Shown here: piece by piece, positions 46,235 through 55,434 of the stretch
Layout: each line of letters starts with the position of its first letter
Numbering within the stretch: position 1 is the first letter of the stretch
NCBI GenBank assembly: GCA_934378145.1
Contig: CAKXXW010000001.1
Location: 1,458-65,457, forward strand
DNA: 64,000 nucleotides
From: an uncultured Eubacteriales bacterium
GTDB taxonomy: Bacteria; Bacillota; Clostridia; Oscillospirales; CAG-272
Direction of reading: 5' to 3'
Translations under genes and position numbers: made by a program
The notes under the pieces: model-generated
The model's database searches: none
What the model was told of the DNA's origin: nothing
Seen by the model: only the letters and a program-made list of their open reading frames with translations

Positions 46235-46965
46235 CTGTCAGCCCTCCCCTCTCCGGCGATCTTTATGAATGCCTCTTCAAAATCGTCCTTACCGGCGAGT
46301 CTCTTTATCTCATCAGCCGTACCGAGAGCGGCGATCCTGCCGCCGACCATTATCGCGATACGGTCGCAGAGTGCCTCGGCTTCCTCAAGGTAATGTGTCG
46401 TGAGGATAATTGTCTTCTTCCCCTTGATGTCCGCTATATGCTTCCAAAGCTCACGGCGCGCGATAGCATCAAGCCCGAGTGTCGGCTCGTCAAGGAATAT
46501 AAGCTCCGGATCGGTCACGATCGCCATGGCTATCGAGAGCCGGCGGCACCAGCCACCCGAGAGTATCTTTGCCCGGCTGTCGGCTATCTCTTCAAGCGAA
46601 AAGTCGGCTATCATTCTGTCGGCGCGTTCGTGCTGCTCTTTCACGGGCATACCGTTGATGCCGCACATAAGCTCAAGGTTCTCTCTCACAGTCAGATTAG
46701 GTGCCACCGCAGTCTCCTGCGGAGAGACCCCGTTGAGACGCTTTACGGCGGATGGCTCGTGAACTATGCTGTGTCCGCATACCTCGGCGTCTCCCGAAGT
46801 GGGAGAGACAAGGCAGGAAAGCATCTTGATGGTGGTGGTCTTTCCCGCTCCGTTAACTCCGAGCAACCCGAAAAGCTCGCCCTTCCCTATCTCAAGGTCA
46901 AGCGAATCAACGGCGGTCTTGGTGCCGTACTTTTTTGTCAGTTTATCTGTCTTTATCGCTGTCAC
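46231..46965 (-). CDS. ABC transporter ATP-binding protein
   Basis: 244 aa with Walker A 'GVNGAGKTT', signature 'LSGGWCRR' and Walker B 'LIFLDEPT'. GTG start. Confidence 0.9.
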   Translation of the reverse strand: MTAIKTDKLTKKYGTKTAVDSLDLEIGKGELFGLLGVNGAGKTTTIKMLSCLVSPTSGDAEVCGHSIVHEPSAVKRLNGVSPQETAVAPNLTVRENLELMCGINGMPVKEQHERADRMIADFSLEEIADSRAKILSGGWCRRLSIAMAIVTDPELIFLDEPTLGLDAIARRELWKHIADIKGKKTIILTTHYLEEAEALCDRIAIMVGGRIAALGTADEIKRLAGKDDFEEAFIKIAGEGRADR

Positions 46966-47263
46966 AGTCCTTCTCAGCCTCCTCTGCGATCTCTCTTGCG
47001 TGTTCCGCGAATTTTTCCCTGTCTCTCACGCTCGATGTCACATCATTCGGCATTGCCTGCCTGTCAAACACCGAGTCGGTAAGCGCCACGAGCGATTCGA
47101 CGCTCTGAATGACGATACCCTTTTCACTGTCGGCAAGTATCACGAGCGTATCCCCGGGATTTATCGAAAACATATTCCGGACCTCCTTCGGGATAACTAT
47201 CTGCCCCTTTGCCCCGACCTTCGTTGCGCCCATATAGCGCTTATTGTCATCACTGTAAGGCAT
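46943..47263 (-). CDS. AbrB/MazE/SpoVT-family DNA-binding protein
   Basis: 106 aa with the swapped-hairpin motif 'VGAKGQIVIPKEVRNMFSINPGDTLVI' and an acidic C-terminus. GGAGGG RBS. Confidence 0.8.
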   Translation of the reverse strand: MPYSDDNKRYMGATKVGAKGQIVIPKEVRNMFSINPGDTLVILADSEKGIVIQSVESLVALTDSVFDRQAMPNDVTSSVRDREKFAEHAREIAEEAEKDCDSDKDR

Positions 47264-47276
47264 TTTCCCTCCATTA

Positions 47277-47334
47277 AAGTATGATTTGTATAACTTATCA
47301 TACTTATTATACTCTTTCCTCTCCTGCTTGTCAA
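47277..47334 (-). promoter_or_regulatory. Promoter plus candidate operator of the AbrB-like/ABC operon
   Basis: Read on the minus strand: TTGACA (47329-47334), 17-bp spacer, TATAAT (47306-47311). It is followed immediately by a perfect inverted repeat AAGTATGAT-N11-ATCATACTT (47277-47305). Confidence 0.55.
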
Positions 47335-47344
47335 CCCGAAAAAC

Positions 47345-47372
47345 AAAAAATCCCGCGTTTGCGGGATCTTTT
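47345..47372. terminator. Terminator of the LRR lipoprotein gene
   Basis: Stem ATCCCGC / GCGGGAT flanked by A6 and a T-run. Confidence 0.75.
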
Positions 47373-47382
47373 GCTTTATAAA

Positions 47383-49296
47383 TTACCCTATTTTTTCGCT
47401 GTACTTCTGAGAAATGTACCCGACCTCACCGTCGATCATAACCTTGTACCATTTGACCCCGTCATATTCGACCGTACCGATGCAGTTGAGAACAGTTCCG
47501 GCTTCCACCGCGGTCATAAACGTCTCATCGCAGATATACGGCAACGATCTGACATTGAGCGACGATGTTATGACAACACTGAAATCCGCCGCCTCCACAT
47601 ACGAGTCAATGTTTTTGCGAAGGTCTTCAAGGATCGCCGCAGTCCCTATCGGGGTATTTTCAAAGGCATCGGCAGCCACCGCAACGCCGTTTTTGTCGGC
47701 ATAGGTGACGCTTTTCAGCGAGGTACATTCACTGAACGCCTGATTCAGTATCTTATTTACATTCGCGGGGATCTCTATCGACTCAAGCGAGCCGCAGAAT
47801 CTGAATGCGCCCTTACCGATAGAATCTATGCCGATACCGAGGTCGACGCTGACAAGTTTTTTACATTTATAGAAAGCATATTCGGGCAGTGACGAAAGGC
47901 TCGCCGGCAGCTTCACGGCCTTTAGCGACAGGCATCCATTAAAGCAATCGTTTCCTATCGATTTAAGCCCCTCGGGAAGAGTGATCGCAGTCAGCGCCTC
48001 ACACTCCGAAAAAGCATATTCACCGATACTCACGATGCTGTCGGGCATATCAAACGATTCGAGCGACCGGCATCCGTAAAACGCCGACTCTCCGATCTCA
48101 GTGAGCTTACCGAAGGTGACCTTTTTAAGTGAAACACAATTTGCGAATGTCGAATTTTCTATCACCGTGATATTCTTCGGGATCGCGATCCCGGTAAGGC
48201 TCTCGCAACGGGCGAAAGCACTCTCGCCGATCTCGGTCACCGTTTCGGGAATGGTTATCGTTGTCAGCGCCGTGCAGCCGAGGAATGCGCAAGTACCGAT
48301 ACGGGCCGTATTTTTTGCAAGGGTGATACTTTTAAGCCCTTCACACTCTATAAACATACCGGTGGAGACCTCGGTAAGTCCGTCGGGAAGCGTCACCGAC
48401 TCAAGTACGGTACAGCAAGAGAATGCCGAATATCCGACCTCTGTCAGTCCCGCGGGAAGAGTGATCGACTTCATGGACGCACAGCCGTAAAACGCCGAAT
48501 CGCCTATGCTCACGACCCCGTTCCCGAGTTCGAGCTTTTCGAGTTTGGCACAGCAGTTGAAAGCATAGTTCCCTATTTTCTTCACCGAATCGGGAAGTGT
48601 GACCGAGGTAAGCCCAAGTGTTCCCTCCTCGTCTGAAAAAGCCTTGTCTCCGATCGAGCTTACGGTGGATCCCTTTATGTTATCGGGTACGGTTATGTTC
48701 TTTGACCCTCCGGTATATCCCGTGATCTCAAGGGTGCCGTCGTCGAGTTTGCGGCTCGTGAAGCAGACCGCATTTACCTTGCAGGTCGAGGTCTTTCCGT
48801 CCCTTGCTCTCGCGGTGATGACGGCGCTGCCCTCCGACTGCGCGATTAGAATCCCGTCCTGCGTGACCTGTATCACCGACGGATCGGATGAACTCCAGCC
48901 TGCCCTCCTGTCCGATGTGAGAAGATAGATGCTGTCGACAGGCATATTAAGCTCGGTGCAATTCAGCTCCGGCTCCTTATTTGATGCATCGGGTTCCTCT
49001 ATCCCGACATATCCGGCGCGGACCTCTCTGCCGTCGGTCAGCTTTACTATAAGGAAGCCCTCGGCATCGACCGTAACGGTGCTTACACTGATACCGTTGT
49101 AACCGTTCTGACCGTCCTTTCCGTCGGCGCCCGCCGCACCGCGAAGAGTCTCGAGCCATTCAGCCTCGCTCCCCGTATATCCGTACTTCACGGCGATGTC
49201 GTACGCCGAATCGCCCTTCACCGGCTCGGTCGTTTCGCAAGATGTAAGCAAGAATACCGCGAGCAGCACCGCAAACAATGCACTTATCCTTTTCAT
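47383..49296 (-). CDS. BspA-type leucine-rich-repeat surface lipoprotein with Big_2 and SH3b domains
   Basis: 637 aa from ATG 49296 (GGGGGA RBS). Lipobox is 'FLLTSC'. It contains a short G-X-Y run 'GAAGADGKDGQNGYNG', an Ig-like 'SSSDPSVIQVTQDG', about 13 LRR units of the form 'I..I...AF..C..L..i.lp', and a C-terminal SH3-like 'LNVRS..KWYKV'. Confidence 0.75.
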   Translation of the reverse strand: MKRISALFAVLLAVFLLTSCETTEPVKGDSAYDIAVKYGYTGSEAEWLETLRGAAGADGKDGQNGYNGISVSTVTVDAEGFLIVKLTDGREVRAGYVGIEEPDASNKEPELNCTELNMPVDSIYLLTSDRRAGWSSSDPSVIQVTQDGILIAQSEGSAVITARARDGKTSTCKVNAVCFTSRKLDDGTLEITGYTGGSKNITVPDNIKGSTVSSIGDKAFSDEEGTLGLTSVTLPDSVKKIGNYAFNCCAKLEKLELGNGVVSIGDSAFYGCASMKSITLPAGLTEVGYSAFSCCTVLESVTLPDGLTEVSTGMFIECEGLKSITLAKNTARIGTCAFLGCTALTTITIPETVTEIGESAFARCESLTGIAIPKNITVIENSTFANCVSLKKVTFGKLTEIGESAFYGCRSLESFDMPDSIVSIGEYAFSECEALTAITLPEGLKSIGNDCFNGCLSLKAVKLPASLSSLPEYAFYKCKKLVSVDLGIGIDSIGKGAFRFCGSLESIEIPANVNKILNQAFSECTSLKSVTYADKNGVAVAADAFENTPIGTAAILEDLRKNIDSYVEAADFSVVITSSLNVRSLPYICDETFMTAVEAGTVLNCIGTVEYDGVKWYKVMIDGEVGYISQKYSEKIG

Positions 49297-49329
49297 TTTC
49301 CGTCCCCCAAAATAATTTTTTGTACCTTT

Positions 49330-49358
49330 ATTATACCATCCGGGGAAAGTATTGTAAA
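49330..49358 (-). promoter_or_regulatory. Promoter of the LRR lipoprotein gene
   Basis: Read on the minus strand: TTTACA, 17-bp spacer, TGgTATAAT. Confidence 0.5.
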
Positions 49359-49387
49359 TACGCAAAAAAACTTTTTTGCAAAATTCC

Positions 49388-49416
49388 TTGACAAAAATGC
49401 GGGAAAGTGATATAAT
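49388..49416 (+). promoter_or_regulatory. Promoter driving the riboswitch and P-type ATPase
   Basis: TTGACA (49388-49393), 17-bp spacer, TGaTATAAT (-10 at 49411-49416). Confidence 0.65.
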
Positions 49417-49425
49417 ACTTTTCGT

Positions 49426-49555
49426 CAAAGGGGAGTAGCTGATGTCGCAAGACATTCCGGTTTCCGCCATCCCGGATCTTTGATCCCGGTCACCGGTCCT
49501 TAATTCGGATAGCAAGACTTTTGCAATCGTGCGATTGCAGGAGTCTTATTTTTTT
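49426..49555 (+). promoter_or_regulatory. yybP-ykoY (Mn2+) riboswitch with terminator expression platform
   Basis: Both hallmark conserved blocks are present: AAAGGGGAGTAGC (49427-49439) and ATAGCAAGAC (49509-49518). P1 pairs CAAAGG with CTTTTG. A 16-bp terminator stem (49514-49547) plus T7 shares its 5' arm with the aptamer 3' side. Confidence 0.8.
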
Positions 49556-49579
49556 ATACTTAAAGGAAGGTCTGAAGAA

Positions 49580-52252
49580 ATGAAATTTTACCTTGAAGAG
49601 AAGTCGGATGTCCTCTCGGAACTTAACGCCTCCGAAGACGGTCTGACCTCCGCCGAAGCCGAAGCAAGGCTCGGCAAGCACGGCAAGAACAAGCTCGCCG
49701 AGGGCAAGAAAACGCCTCTCATCATGCGTTTTCTGAAGCAGGTAGCCGATCCCATGATAATCATCCTGCTCGTTGCCGCCGGCATCTCCGCCGTTATATC
49801 CGCCGTCAACCACGAAGCACCGACAGATGTTTTCATCATTCTCTTCGTCGTTATCCTCAATGCCATACTCGGCGTGATCCAGGAATCGAAAGCCGAAAAA
49901 GCCATCGACGCGCTGAAAGAAATGACCGCCGCGACCTCTAAAGTGTTGCGCGACGGAAAGCAGATCCTTGTCAAAAGCGAAGACCTCACCGTCGGCGACA
50001 TAATAATCCTTGAAGCCGGCGACGCAGTCCCCGCCGATGCAAGAATTATCGAATCAAATTCGCTCAAATGTGAGGAAGCCGCGCTCACCGGCGAATCGGT
50101 GCCTGTTGACAAGCACACCGATGCAGTCAAGGCGGGTGAGAACGGCGATGTGCCGCTCGGCGACCGCTCGAATATGGTCTATATGGGCAGCACGGTCGTT
50201 TACGGACGCGCGAAAGCCGTCGTCTGTGCTGTCGGTATGGACACCGAGATGGGTAAGATAGCCACGGCTCTCACCGAGGTCGTTGAGGAAAAGACTCCTC
50301 TTCAGCAGAAGCTCGCCCAGCTCTCGAAGATCCTTACATTTATAGTCATAGGCATCAGCGTCGTGATATTTGCCGTAGGCGCCATCCGCGGTTCTATACA
50401 GGGACACGGCTTTGATTTTGAAAATGTTATACTTCCCTCCTTCATGGTCGCGGTCAGCCTTGCCGTTGCCGCGATACCCGAGGGACTTGCCGCGGTCGTT
50501 ACTATCGTTCTCTCTATCGGAGTTACGAAGATGTCAAAACGCGCGGCTGTCATAAGAAAGCTCACGGCAGTTGAGACTCTCGGCTGCACGCAGGTCATCT
50601 GCTCCGACAAGACAGGTACCCTTACCCAGAACAAGATGACGGTCATCGAGTATTTCTCGGCTGACAAAAACCTTCTCGCGACAGCAATGACTCTCTGCAA
50701 TGATGCCGCGCCCGGAGAGGACGGAAACGCCGTAGGCGAACCTACCGAATGTGCGCTCGTCGACTTTGCCACGAAAAACGAGGTCAGAAAACCCGAGCTG
50801 CTGAATTCTCAGCCGAGAGTCGGAGAGATACCCTTCGATTCCATGCGCAAGATGATGACAACGGTACACAGGAGCGAAAACGGCTTCGTTCAGTACACAA
50901 AGGGCGCGCCCGATGAACTTCTCCGCCGCTGCTCGATGATCCTCACCGAAAACGGTGTGAAAGAGCTTACCGATGCCGACCGCAAGGAGATCCTCGGGCA
51001 GAACAAGGCTATGGCTGACAAGGCGTTGCGTGTGCTTGCTGCGGCTTACAGACCTCTTGACGCGGAACCCGCAAAAGATCACTACACATCCGATATACTT
51101 GAGGATAACCTTATCTTCGTCGGACTCTGCGGCATGATCGACCCCGTCCGCCCCGAGGTCATCGGAGCTATCAAGGAATGCCGCGGTGCCGGCATCCGCC
51201 CGATAATGATAACCGGCGACCACAAGGACACCGCTGTGGCGATCGCCATGGAGCTTGGCATAATAAAGAGCGCCGACGAGGCGATCACGGGTGCCGAGCT
51301 TGACGAATTCTCGGACGAAGAGCTTGAAAAGAAGATCGGAAAGTATTCCGTCTATGCCCGTGTTCAGCCCGAACACAAGGTAAGGATCGTCAAGGCATGG
51401 AAGAAGAAAGGCATGATAACCGCCATGACGGGCGACGGAGTCAACGACGCGCCCTCGATAAAGGCTGCCGACATAGGCGTCGGAATGGGCATCACCGGAA
51501 CCGATGTCACGAAGAATGTTGCCGATATGGTCCTTGGCGACGACAACTTTGCCACGATAGTTTATGCCGTCGAAGAGGGCAGAATGATATACAGCAACAT
51601 AAGAAAAGCTATTCAATTCCTTCTCTCGTCGAATATGAGTGAGGTCATCACGATCTTCACGGCGACGATGATGGGCTTTACGATACTTGAGGCTCCCCAC
51701 CTGCTCTGGATCAACCTCATCACCGACTGCTTCCCCGCTCTCGCCCTCGGCGTAGAACCCGCCGAGAAGGACATAATGAATCAGCCTCCGCGTTCAAGCA
51801 AAGACGGCATCTTCTCGGGCGGTCTCGGCTTCGATATGGTCTACCAGGGTCTCCTTGTTTCGATCCTCACGCTCGTTGCGTACTTCCTCGGCTCGGGTCC
51901 GCTCTTTGACCCCAACTGCGGCACGGCGCAAATGCAGGGCATGACTATGGCTTTCCTCACGATGTCAATGGCAGAGATCTTCCACTCCTTCAATATGCGT
52001 TCGCAGCGCGGCTCGATCTTCTCTCTCCGCTCGCATAACAAGTTCCTTTACGCCGGCATGATAGCCTCGCTCGTTCTGACCGCGGTGGTCATAGAAGTTC
52101 CCCCGATCGCAAACCTCTTCGGCTTTGCAAACATAGATTGGGTAGAATACCTTGTGGCTATGGGGCTTGCGATCTCGGTCATTCCGATAGTCGAGCTTGT
52201 AAAGCTAATTCAGAGAAGCATCGCAAAAAAGAAAGCCTCAAAAAATCAGTAA
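49580..52252 (+). CDS. Cation-translocating P-type ATPase (type IIA, Ca2+/Mn2+ ATPase-like)
   Basis: 890 aa from ATG 49580 (AAGGAAGG RBS; the track start at GTG 49529 lies inside the terminator). Motifs are 'CSDKTGTLTQN', 'MITGDHKDTA' and 'MTGDGVNDAPSIKAADIG'. Confidence 0.9.
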   Translation: MKFYLEEKSDVLSELNASEDGLTSAEAEARLGKHGKNKLAEGKKTPLIMRFLKQVADPMIIILLVAAGISAVISAVNHEAPTDVFIILFVVILNAILGVIQESKAEKAIDALKEMTAATSKVLRDGKQILVKSEDLTVGDIIILEAGDAVPADARIIESNSLKCEEAALTGESVPVDKHTDAVKAGENGDVPLGDRSNMVYMGSTVVYGRAKAVVCAVGMDTEMGKIATALTEVVEEKTPLQQKLAQLSKILTFIVIGISVVIFAVGAIRGSIQGHGFDFENVILPSFMVAVSLAVAAIPEGLAAVVTIVLSIGVTKMSKRAAVIRKLTAVETLGCTQVICSDKTGTLTQNKMTVIEYFSADKNLLATAMTLCNDAAPGEDGNAVGEPTECALVDFATKNEVRKPELLNSQPRVGEIPFDSMRKMMTTVHRSENGFVQYTKGAPDELLRRCSMILTENGVKELTDADRKEILGQNKAMADKALRVLAAAYRPLDAEPAKDHYTSDILEDNLIFVGLCGMIDPVRPEVIGAIKECRGAGIRPIMITGDHKDTAVAIAMELGIIKSADEAITGAELDEFSDEELEKKIGKYSVYARVQPEHKVRIVKAWKKKGMITAMTGDGVNDAPSIKAADIGVGMGITGTDVTKNVADMVLGDDNFATIVYAVEEGRMIYSNIRKAIQFLLSSNMSEVITIFTATMMGFTILEAPHLLWINLITDCFPALALGVEPAEKDIMNQPPRSSKDGIFSGGLGFDMVYQGLLVSILTLVAYFLGSGPLFDPNCGTAQMQGMTMAFLTMSMAEIFHSFNMRSQRGSIFSLRSHNKFLYAGMIASLVLTAVVIEVPPIANLFGFANIDWVEYLVAMGLAISVIPIVELVKLIQRSIAKKKASKNQ

Positions 52253-52264
52253 CATACAAAAAAC

Positions 52265-52299
52265 ACCGGCGCCCGCCAAAGCGGGCGCCGGTAATTTTT
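52265..52299. terminator. Bidirectional terminator
   Basis: 12-bp GC-rich stem ACCGGCGCCCGC / GCGGGCGCCGGT flanked by an A-run and T5. Confidence 0.85.
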
Positions 52300-52306
52300 A
52301 TGCTTA

Positions 52307-53026
52307 TTATATGTTCCCGAAAAGTGTGAGCGCTTCCTTCGCCGCCATCTGCTCGGCTTCGCGCTTGGTCTTGCCCTCACCTCTGCCGATGATGTTGCTT
52401 CCCATACGCGCCTCAGCCTCAAAGATCTTGCAGTGATCGGGGCCTTTCTCATTCACTATGACATACTCAAGCTCCGCCGAGCTGTCCTGCTGAATGAACT
52501 GCTGGAGCTGGGTCTTGAAGTCGTGTCCCCTCCCCGCCTTCTCGGTCCTTCCGACCTCGGCTTCAAGGAAGGGCATCAGGAACTTTGACACCTCCGCCTT
52601 GCCGTTCTCCCCCGAGTCAAGATAAACGGCGGCAAGGACGGCTTCAAACGCATCCGAGAGGATCGACTTGCTCTTACGGCCGCCGTTCTTCTCTTCTCCG
52701 ACACCGAGCAGGAGGTAGTCCCCAAGCCCTATCTCAAGCGCATAGCCGGCAAGCGCGCGCTCGCAGACTATCTCGGCGCGCAGCTTCGTAAGGTCGCCCT
52801 CGTCACGGTCGCGGAAACTCTCGAAAAGGTATTCGCTCGCGATTATCGAAAGCACCGAGTCCCCGAGAAACTCAAGCCTTTCGTTACAGCGGCAGAAATT
52901 GTGCTTTATCCTCTGCTCGTGGGAATACGACGAATGTGTCAGCGCGGTGCGGATAAGCTCCGCGTCTCTGAATTTATGACCGAGCCTTTCTTCAAGCCCG
53001 GAGACCTTTTTCGGTAACTGATTCAT
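52307..53026 (-). CDS. rnc: Ribonuclease III
   Basis: 239 aa from ATG 53026. Signature is 'NERLEFLGDSVL', with a C-terminal dsRBD. Confidence 0.9.
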   Translation of the reverse strand: MNQLPKKVSGLEERLGHKFRDAELIRTALTHSSYSHEQRIKHNFCRCNERLEFLGDSVLSIIASEYLFESFRDRDEGDLTKLRAEIVCERALAGYALEIGLGDYLLLGVGEEKNGGRKSKSILSDAFEAVLAAVYLDSGENGKAEVSKFLMPFLEAEVGRTEKAGRGHDFKTQLQQFIQQDSSAELEYVIVNEKGPDHCKIFEAEARMGSNIIGRGEGKTKREAEQMAAKEALTLFGNI

Positions 53027-53027
53027 A

Positions 53028-54074
53028 TTATTTCGCCTCACCGTCTTTTTCATGCTTTGCGGCTCGCTCTTCAAGTATCTTTCTTTCAAAGCCCTCGGCC
53101 TCGTGCGCAATATCGTAGGTCACGCCGGTATCTACAACGGCTATCGCCTGCCGTATCGCATTTTTGAATGCCTTCGCGTTCGACGAGCCGTGAGCCTTTA
53201 TGACAGGCTTCGAAATGCCGAGGATAGGCGCGCCGCCGTGTTCGGTGCTGTCATACCTGTGTTTAAGCTCGCGCACGCTCTTTCGAACGAGCAACGCCGA
53301 GAGCTTAGAGACATTTGAGGAAAGGAAGAGCGATTTAAGCTCGCCGATCATCAGCTTTCCCATGCCCTCTATCGACTTAAGCAGGATATTTCCCGAAAAG
53401 CCGTCGGTCACGACTACATCGCAGACATTGAAGGCGAGCTGATTCGCCTCGACATTTCCGATGAAATTGATGCTTTTGTTTTCCGAGAGACGCTTGTATG
53501 CCGCAAGCTGAAGCTCTGTCCCCTTACATTCCTCGCTTCCGTTGTTGAGGAGTCCGACGCGGGGCTTTATCACACCGTAGCAGTTTCGCATATAGGCGCT
53601 TCCCATTACGGCGAACTGATCAAGGTTTTCATCGGTGACATTTATATTTGCGCCCGAATCAAGAAGCAGCACCGGTGGCGTGAACGGCAGTATCGCGCCG
53701 ATTGCGGCACGCTTCACCGCCCGTATCCTGCGCACGATGAGCGAGGCTCCGGTAAACAGCGCACCCGAATTTCCGGCGCTGACCACGGCGTCGCCCTTCC
53801 CCTCAGCAAGCAGTCTGAGTGCAACAGCCATAGAGGAATTGCTTTTTGAGCGTACGACACAAAGCGGATCGTCCTCCATCGTGATCGAGACATCGGTGTT
53901 CACTATCTCGAACCGGCGAAGGTCAAACCCGTTTTCGACGGCAATATTCTTTATCCTCTCGGCATCGCCGACAAGGATAAAGCTCGCGTTGTACTCTTTG
54001 GATGCGGCGATCGTACCCTTGATTATCTCAAGCGGCGCGTTGTCGCCCCCCATTGCATCTACGATAATTCTCAT
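53028..54074 (-). CDS. plsX: Phosphate acyltransferase PlsX
   Basis: 348 aa with 'IIVDAMGGDNAP' and 'SGNILLK'. Confidence 0.9.
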   Translation of the reverse strand: MRIIVDAMGGDNAPLEIIKGTIAASKEYNASFILVGDAERIKNIAVENGFDLRRFEIVNTDVSITMEDDPLCVVRSKSNSSMAVALRLLAEGKGDAVVSAGNSGALFTGASLIVRRIRAVKRAAIGAILPFTPPVLLLDSGANINVTDENLDQFAVMGSAYMRNCYGVIKPRVGLLNNGSEECKGTELQLAAYKRLSENKSINFIGNVEANQLAFNVCDVVVTDGFSGNILLKSIEGMGKLMIGELKSLFLSSNVSKLSALLVRKSVRELKHRYDSTEHGGAPILGISKPVIKAHGSSNAKAFKNAIRQAIAVVDTGVTYDIAHEAEGFERKILEERAAKHEKDGEAK

Positions 54075-54105
54075 TTACTGTATCTTATGGTCCGTTTTTA
54101 CTGAT

Positions 54106-55434
54106 TTATTCGGGAAGAGCCGAAAGAGCCTCAAGCGCTCTCGCGGCGATCGCCTCGTTCTTTGCGGTCTTTCCGCCCTTCACACGGTAGCCGAGCGGCT
54201 CGACAATGCCGAAATTGGCATTCATAGGCGTAAACCTTCCGATGCCTCCGCCGCTGACATAAGCTGCCATGGCTCCGAGGACAGTCGTGCGGGGGAAGAT
54301 CAGCTTTTCCTCTCCGAGAACGAGCCTTGCAGCGTTCGTTCCCGCGACAAGTCCAGATCCCGCAGATTCTATATAGCCCTCGACGCCCGTCATCTGTCCG
54401 GCAAAAAAGAGATTCTGCCTGTTCTTCACCGCGTAGGTCGCGTCAAGGAATCCGGGCGAGTCAAGGTAAGTATTTCTGTGCATCGTTCCGTAGCGCACAA
54501 ACGAGGCATTCTCAAGCCCCGGAATAAGTCCGAAGACCCGCCTCTGCTCGGGATAGGTCAGATGCGTCTGAAATCCCACAAGGTTATACATAGTCCCCTC
54601 GTTGTTCTCCTTACGGAGCTGAACGACGGCATAAGGCTCGCTTCCCGTGCGCGGATCGGTGATGCCCACCGGCTTCAGAGGTCCGTAGCGGAGAGTGTCA
54701 AATCCCCGTCTTGCCATTATCTCGACCGGCATACAGCCCTCGAAGACCGTAAGCTCCTGTCCTGCGCTCTGCGCCTCGCGGTCAAAATCGTGAAGCTCGG
54801 CTTCCTTCGCCGAGACAAGCTCGGTGTAAAAGCGTTCGTATTCCTCTCTCGTCATCGGGCAGTTGATATAATCGGCGTCCCCCTTGCCGTAGCGGGAGGC
54901 GAAAAACGCCCTCTCCATATTGACCGAGGAAAACTCCACTATCGGAGCCGCTGCGTCGAAGAAATGAAGCCCGCGGCAACCGAGAGTGCCGATAAAATCG
55001 GTCATAGCCTCCGAAGAAAGCGGCCCCGTCGCAATGACCGTCACCGTATCGGGATCAACGCTGCCACATTCAGCATTCACTATATCAAGGTTCGGACAGG
55101 TGCGCAGCTTTTCCGTAATATATTCCGAGAAAAGCTCGCGGTCAACGGCAAGCGCACCTCCGGCAGGAACGCGCGTCGCATCCGCAGCCTCCATTATGAG
55201 CGACGAACGGCGGCGCATCTCTTCCTTAAGAAGCCCCACGGCATTTGATAGCGCCGCGGCTCGGAGAGAGTTTGAACAGACAAGCTCGGCGAATTTCTCC
55301 GAATGATGCGCCGGAGTATATTTCAGCGGCTTCATTTCGACAAGGGTCACAGAGACCCCGCGGCGAAGAGCCTGCCACGCGGCTTCACAGCCGGCAAGCC
55401 CCGCGCCGACAACGGTAATGCTCTTACTGTTCAT
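54106..55434 (-). CDS. trmFO: Methylenetetrahydrofolate--tRNA-(uracil-5)-methyltransferase TrmFO
   Basis: 442 aa from ATG 55434, with FAD motif 'ITVVGAGLAGCEAAWQ'. It overlaps the topA stop by 11 nt. Confidence 0.9.
   Translation of the reverse strand: MNSKSITVVGAGLAGCEAAWQALRRGVSVTLVEMKPLKYTPAHHSEKFAELVCSNSLRAAALSNAVGLLKEEMRRRSSLIMEAADATRVPAGGALAVDRELFSEYITEKLRTCPNLDIVNAECGSVDPDTVTVIATGPLSSEAMTDFIGTLGCRGLHFFDAAAPIVEFSSVNMERAFFASRYGKGDADYINCPMTREEYERFYTELVSAKEAELHDFDREAQSAGQELTVFEGCMPVEIMARRGFDTLRYGPLKPVGITDPRTGSEPYAVVQLRKENNEGTMYNLVGFQTHLTYPEQRRVFGLIPGLENASFVRYGTMHRNTYLDSPGFLDATYAVKNRQNLFFAGQMTGVEGYIESAGSGLVAGTNAARLVLGEEKLIFPRTTVLGAMAAYVSGGGIGRFTPMNANFGIVEPLGYRVKGGKTAKNEAIAARALEALSALPE

Noticed and set aside
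47383-49296. Periodic nucleotide repeats that could suggest a CRISPR-like or tandem-repeat array.
   Set aside because: The periodicity of about 69 nt is in frame and corresponds to BspA-type leucine-rich repeats within one continuous ORF. The units are diverged, not identical.
53635-55248. A 537-aa ORF antisense to plsX and trmFO.
   Set aside because: It spans two real genes and their intergenic region on the opposite strand, and its sequence is low-information and Arg/Ser-rich. The same reasoning applies to the other long antisense ORFs, including 50534-51700, 8190-9104, 27786-28628, 45393-46172, 55418-56335, 40005-40745 and 34295-34990.
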